A DNA stretch of 64,000 nucleotides from a virus. The translations under genes and the position numbers were made by a program. Under the pieces are notes generated by a model. That model saw only the letters and a list, made by a program, of their open reading frames with translations. It was not told where the DNA came from and ran no database searches. Of the stretch, positions 62,801-64,000 are shown one piece after another. Positions within the stretch are counted from its first letter, which is position 1. Each line of letters opens with the position of its first letter. Location: IMG/VR virus record IMGVR_UViG_3300032242_001694; one strand, written 5' to 3'.

Positions 62801-64000
62801 GATAGTCCGTTATGAAAGAAGTACCGGTACCTATGACATTAGATGAACCAGTATTAACACTTGTAGTAGAAACGGCAACGTTACCAGCTTTTGAAGAGTA
62901 TCCAGTCTGAGTTGGAACTAGCAAGAAGCTTGAAGTAGAAACGCCAGTGATTCTACTTCCCTGCTTGTTGATAACTTGAGAGCCAACACCTTCCATAGCT
63001 GGAGTGTTTGCTGTCCAGACACCAGTACCGCCGGTGTTGCTGAATGTGCCAGAGTTTGCAACAGTTCTATATACGTACTGCGATGTTGCGAATCCATTAG
63101 CTACTAAAGCTTTCTTACCAACCGGGAAGATCATGTTGCTGTAGATAGGTTGCTCAAGAATAGTAGACAAAACACCGGAAGAGTTGTATGACTGCACAGT
63201 GTCAGCAACGCCAACTGGAGTTGCTGTTCCATTGGAAGCAATAATGCTTCTAACAGCGCTGAAGTTCTTACCCGGATACACAGAGATATTAAACAGATAC
63301 ATTCTATAAACAGCGCTTGCAGTGCCTGGAGCTCCGGAGTCGTATGAGAATCCGCGAATATATGCAGTACCGATTTTAGTAGAGTTTGAGAACGATGTAC
63401 TTAAGAAGTTTGAAGTAGTTAAAGCTGCTTTAGGAGCGCTGTGCAGCTCAACTCGTGTAATAGCGTTGCCGATATTAAACTGGCCGCAGTACTCATTAAC
63501 TCTTACATAGTTGCCATAGTTAGTGCTGACAACTTGGCCGGTGTATGTCTCGGTGTCTAGACCTTTTCTAAGATCTACTTTATTGTTATTAACGAACTCA
63601 ACTCTGTAACCTTCAACGTAGCCAATACCTCTTGACGAAGACAAGTTGATGTTATTAGCAGCTTTGGCATCGTCAGAAGCTTTTGGCTCTGTAGTTAGAA
63701 CGAAAGGATAGACGATATAGTTACCATTTGTCTCATAAGATCTTCTTGCAAGATCTCTACCAAGAGTAGCCAGCTGAGGGTCATTCTTAATAGAGACCGG
63801 CTTTCCACCTTTGAAGTCACAGAGTGAGAAGAAAGCTGTAGTGTTTGAGATATCAGAAGATGTTCTAACTTGTAAAGTAGGAGTCAGCTGGAGGCGGTGC
63901 GCGCCTGGAGCGCTGTAGTTTGGTGAGCCAGCAGCGTTGTCATAGAGTGAGCTGTCTGCTTCTGGAGTAACAATAGACTCAACTGCTTCAAAGCCAACAG
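59805..64000 (-). CDS. giant DUF4815-type virion/baseplate protein, 5'-truncated by the window
   Basis: frame stays open to the window end (LYDNAAGSPNYSAPGAHRL); RYTMKDI...LEYYTSLSLLE, RFQNGI.VD.F. Confidence 0.85.
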   Translation of the reverse strand, partial: VGFEAVESIVTPEADSSLYDNAAGSPNYSAPGAHRLQLTPTLQVRTSSDISNTTAFFSLCDFKGGKPVSIKNDPQLATLGRDLARRSYETNGNYIVYPFVLTTEPKASDDAKAANNINLSSSRGIGYVEGYRVEFVNNNKVDLRKGLDTETYTGQVVSTNYGNYVRVNEYCGQFNIGNAITRVELHSAPKAALTTSNFLSTSFSNSTKIGTAYIRGFSYDSGAPGTASAVYRMYLFNISVYPGKNFSAVRSIIASNGTATPVGVADTVQSYNSSGVLSTILEQPIYSNMIFPVGKKALVANGFATSQYVYRTVANSGTFSNTGGTGVWTANTPAMEGVGSQVINKQGSRITGVSTSSFLLVPTQTGYSSKAGNVAVSTTSVNTGSSNVIGTGTSFITDYLPGDYITINSVTRCINVISSNTLLTVTTPYANTFSATGANTAKKAFPAGVPIDFSKNSGSINRFVNAGSTSLTFSLGELVDSAFNAVAYYDILRSGTVPISKQITKHAMVTINCASHSANTVGPYSLGLPDVAKINAIYINSATPANSGTDYKSSFFFDNGQRDSHYDLASITPKGNILTTDSRIVVDFDVFSYTYTSGKGYFTANSYPLASSANSTTITIQEIPQFTAQDGSIFDLRDSIDFRPFATNTAVVTTTLGSSTTNPSNALNLKITGLSAYVPTPDENFETTLAVYKGRKDRAIIRIDGSFAILEGEPSFTPTLPPEEAGSMTLGVVDVPPYPTLSSPEAKTYNRYDYQVTTTITQNKRYTMKDINVLSNKIDNLEYYTSLSLLEKATKDTLVRSGTTGQNRFQNGIMVDSFADHMISDQNDPNINSSIDADKTELRPYFLRFQRPLDLDINQSSNVVQKKNKSVWLAHTDVPYITQSYASKYRNCIEGNIYTYRGEVTFDPPGATMPDMQKSPDVTVAIDLAANWVALGASAFGSQWGAWNTTSKTVNQPGPKELKADVTDKYGNQSKTYQQKTTTTTSTTSTRSGMQMDVTTSTKNYNLGENVTDVQILPYVKSQAVNITAHGLKPFTRVYMFMNDVHVTDWCKPWYTPTASQSALDTDGKPIGSGCGVPTTAKIAAGYTKIGNFADPIYTNRFGSVYGVFQIPPNKFKATTLEMTIVDVPNMVTGKDAITTQAKGTFYATNLSVFKGQTILAAREATLSVKEVTQYANTITVSNTVSTSIEYIPAPAPEPGPGGGWDGGTGCCFDPNAKVLMADGAYKRIADIIIGDKVHGKEGPNTVVGTKKTTVQDRKMIKIKGYDFFATDDHLFLTNNGWKTWRPDRLIDNNRENAVFLEGENRHHPLDKDDILINYTVKGCEIVYADLEIEEHDFDPEFEVYDLHLDGDSTYIVDGFVVHNCGGGGCGDGGGSGSGGGGDGGGGGDGGGGGGGD
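59907..60365 (-). mobile_element. 153-aa mini-intein / Hint domain
   Basis: C1 (CFDPNAKVLMADG), block B TDDH, block F VYDL, terminal HN followed by Cys+1; no endonuclease. Confidence 0.85.

Noticed and set aside
14333-63510. Plus-strand ORFs antisense to core genes (e.g. 15189..15914, 17152..17739, 45716..46261, 54847..55236)
   Set aside because: Shadow frames produced by codon bias and repeats of the minus-strand genes
63644-64000. ORF-track start at 63644 and apparent intergenic gap
   Set aside because: Frame remains open to the window end with conserved DUF4815-type sequence; true start lies outside

Overview
64 kb from a lytic T4-like (Tevenvirinae/Kyanoviridae-style gene order) myophage, almost entirely on the minus strand. 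Reading in transcription order (high to low coordinates): a truncated giant DUF4815-type virion protein with a C-terminal mini-intein/Hint domain; a multi-gene tail fibre/adhesin block; the conserved gp13-gp23 neck/terminase/tail/head module; gp3, uvsY, uvsW, gp55, gp47, gp46; a hydroxymethylcytosine-type DNA modification cluster; gp45/44/62/regA; then an ~8 kb array of 22 tRNA genes interleaved with accessory enzymes and several structured non-tRNA elements; and finally small early genes, an outer-membrane porin and a plus-strand spanin pair. The tRNA-His signature (no G-1, G1:U72, A73), the Omp25/RopB-like porin and a BA14K-like protein point to an alphaproteobacterial (probably Hyphomicrobiales) host. 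The best candidates for undescribed biology are: the structured, often CCA-ended non-tRNA RNAs inside the tRNA operon (including a tRNA mimic with a complementary partner hairpin); an NHLP-leader-like protein paired with a flavin halogenase-fold enzyme; a C5-methyltransferase-fold gene inside the hmC cluster; a catalytically dead peptide deformylase; and a probable -1 frameshift in a prohead-region protein. All calls are from motif recognition by eye; no searches or folding programs were run.
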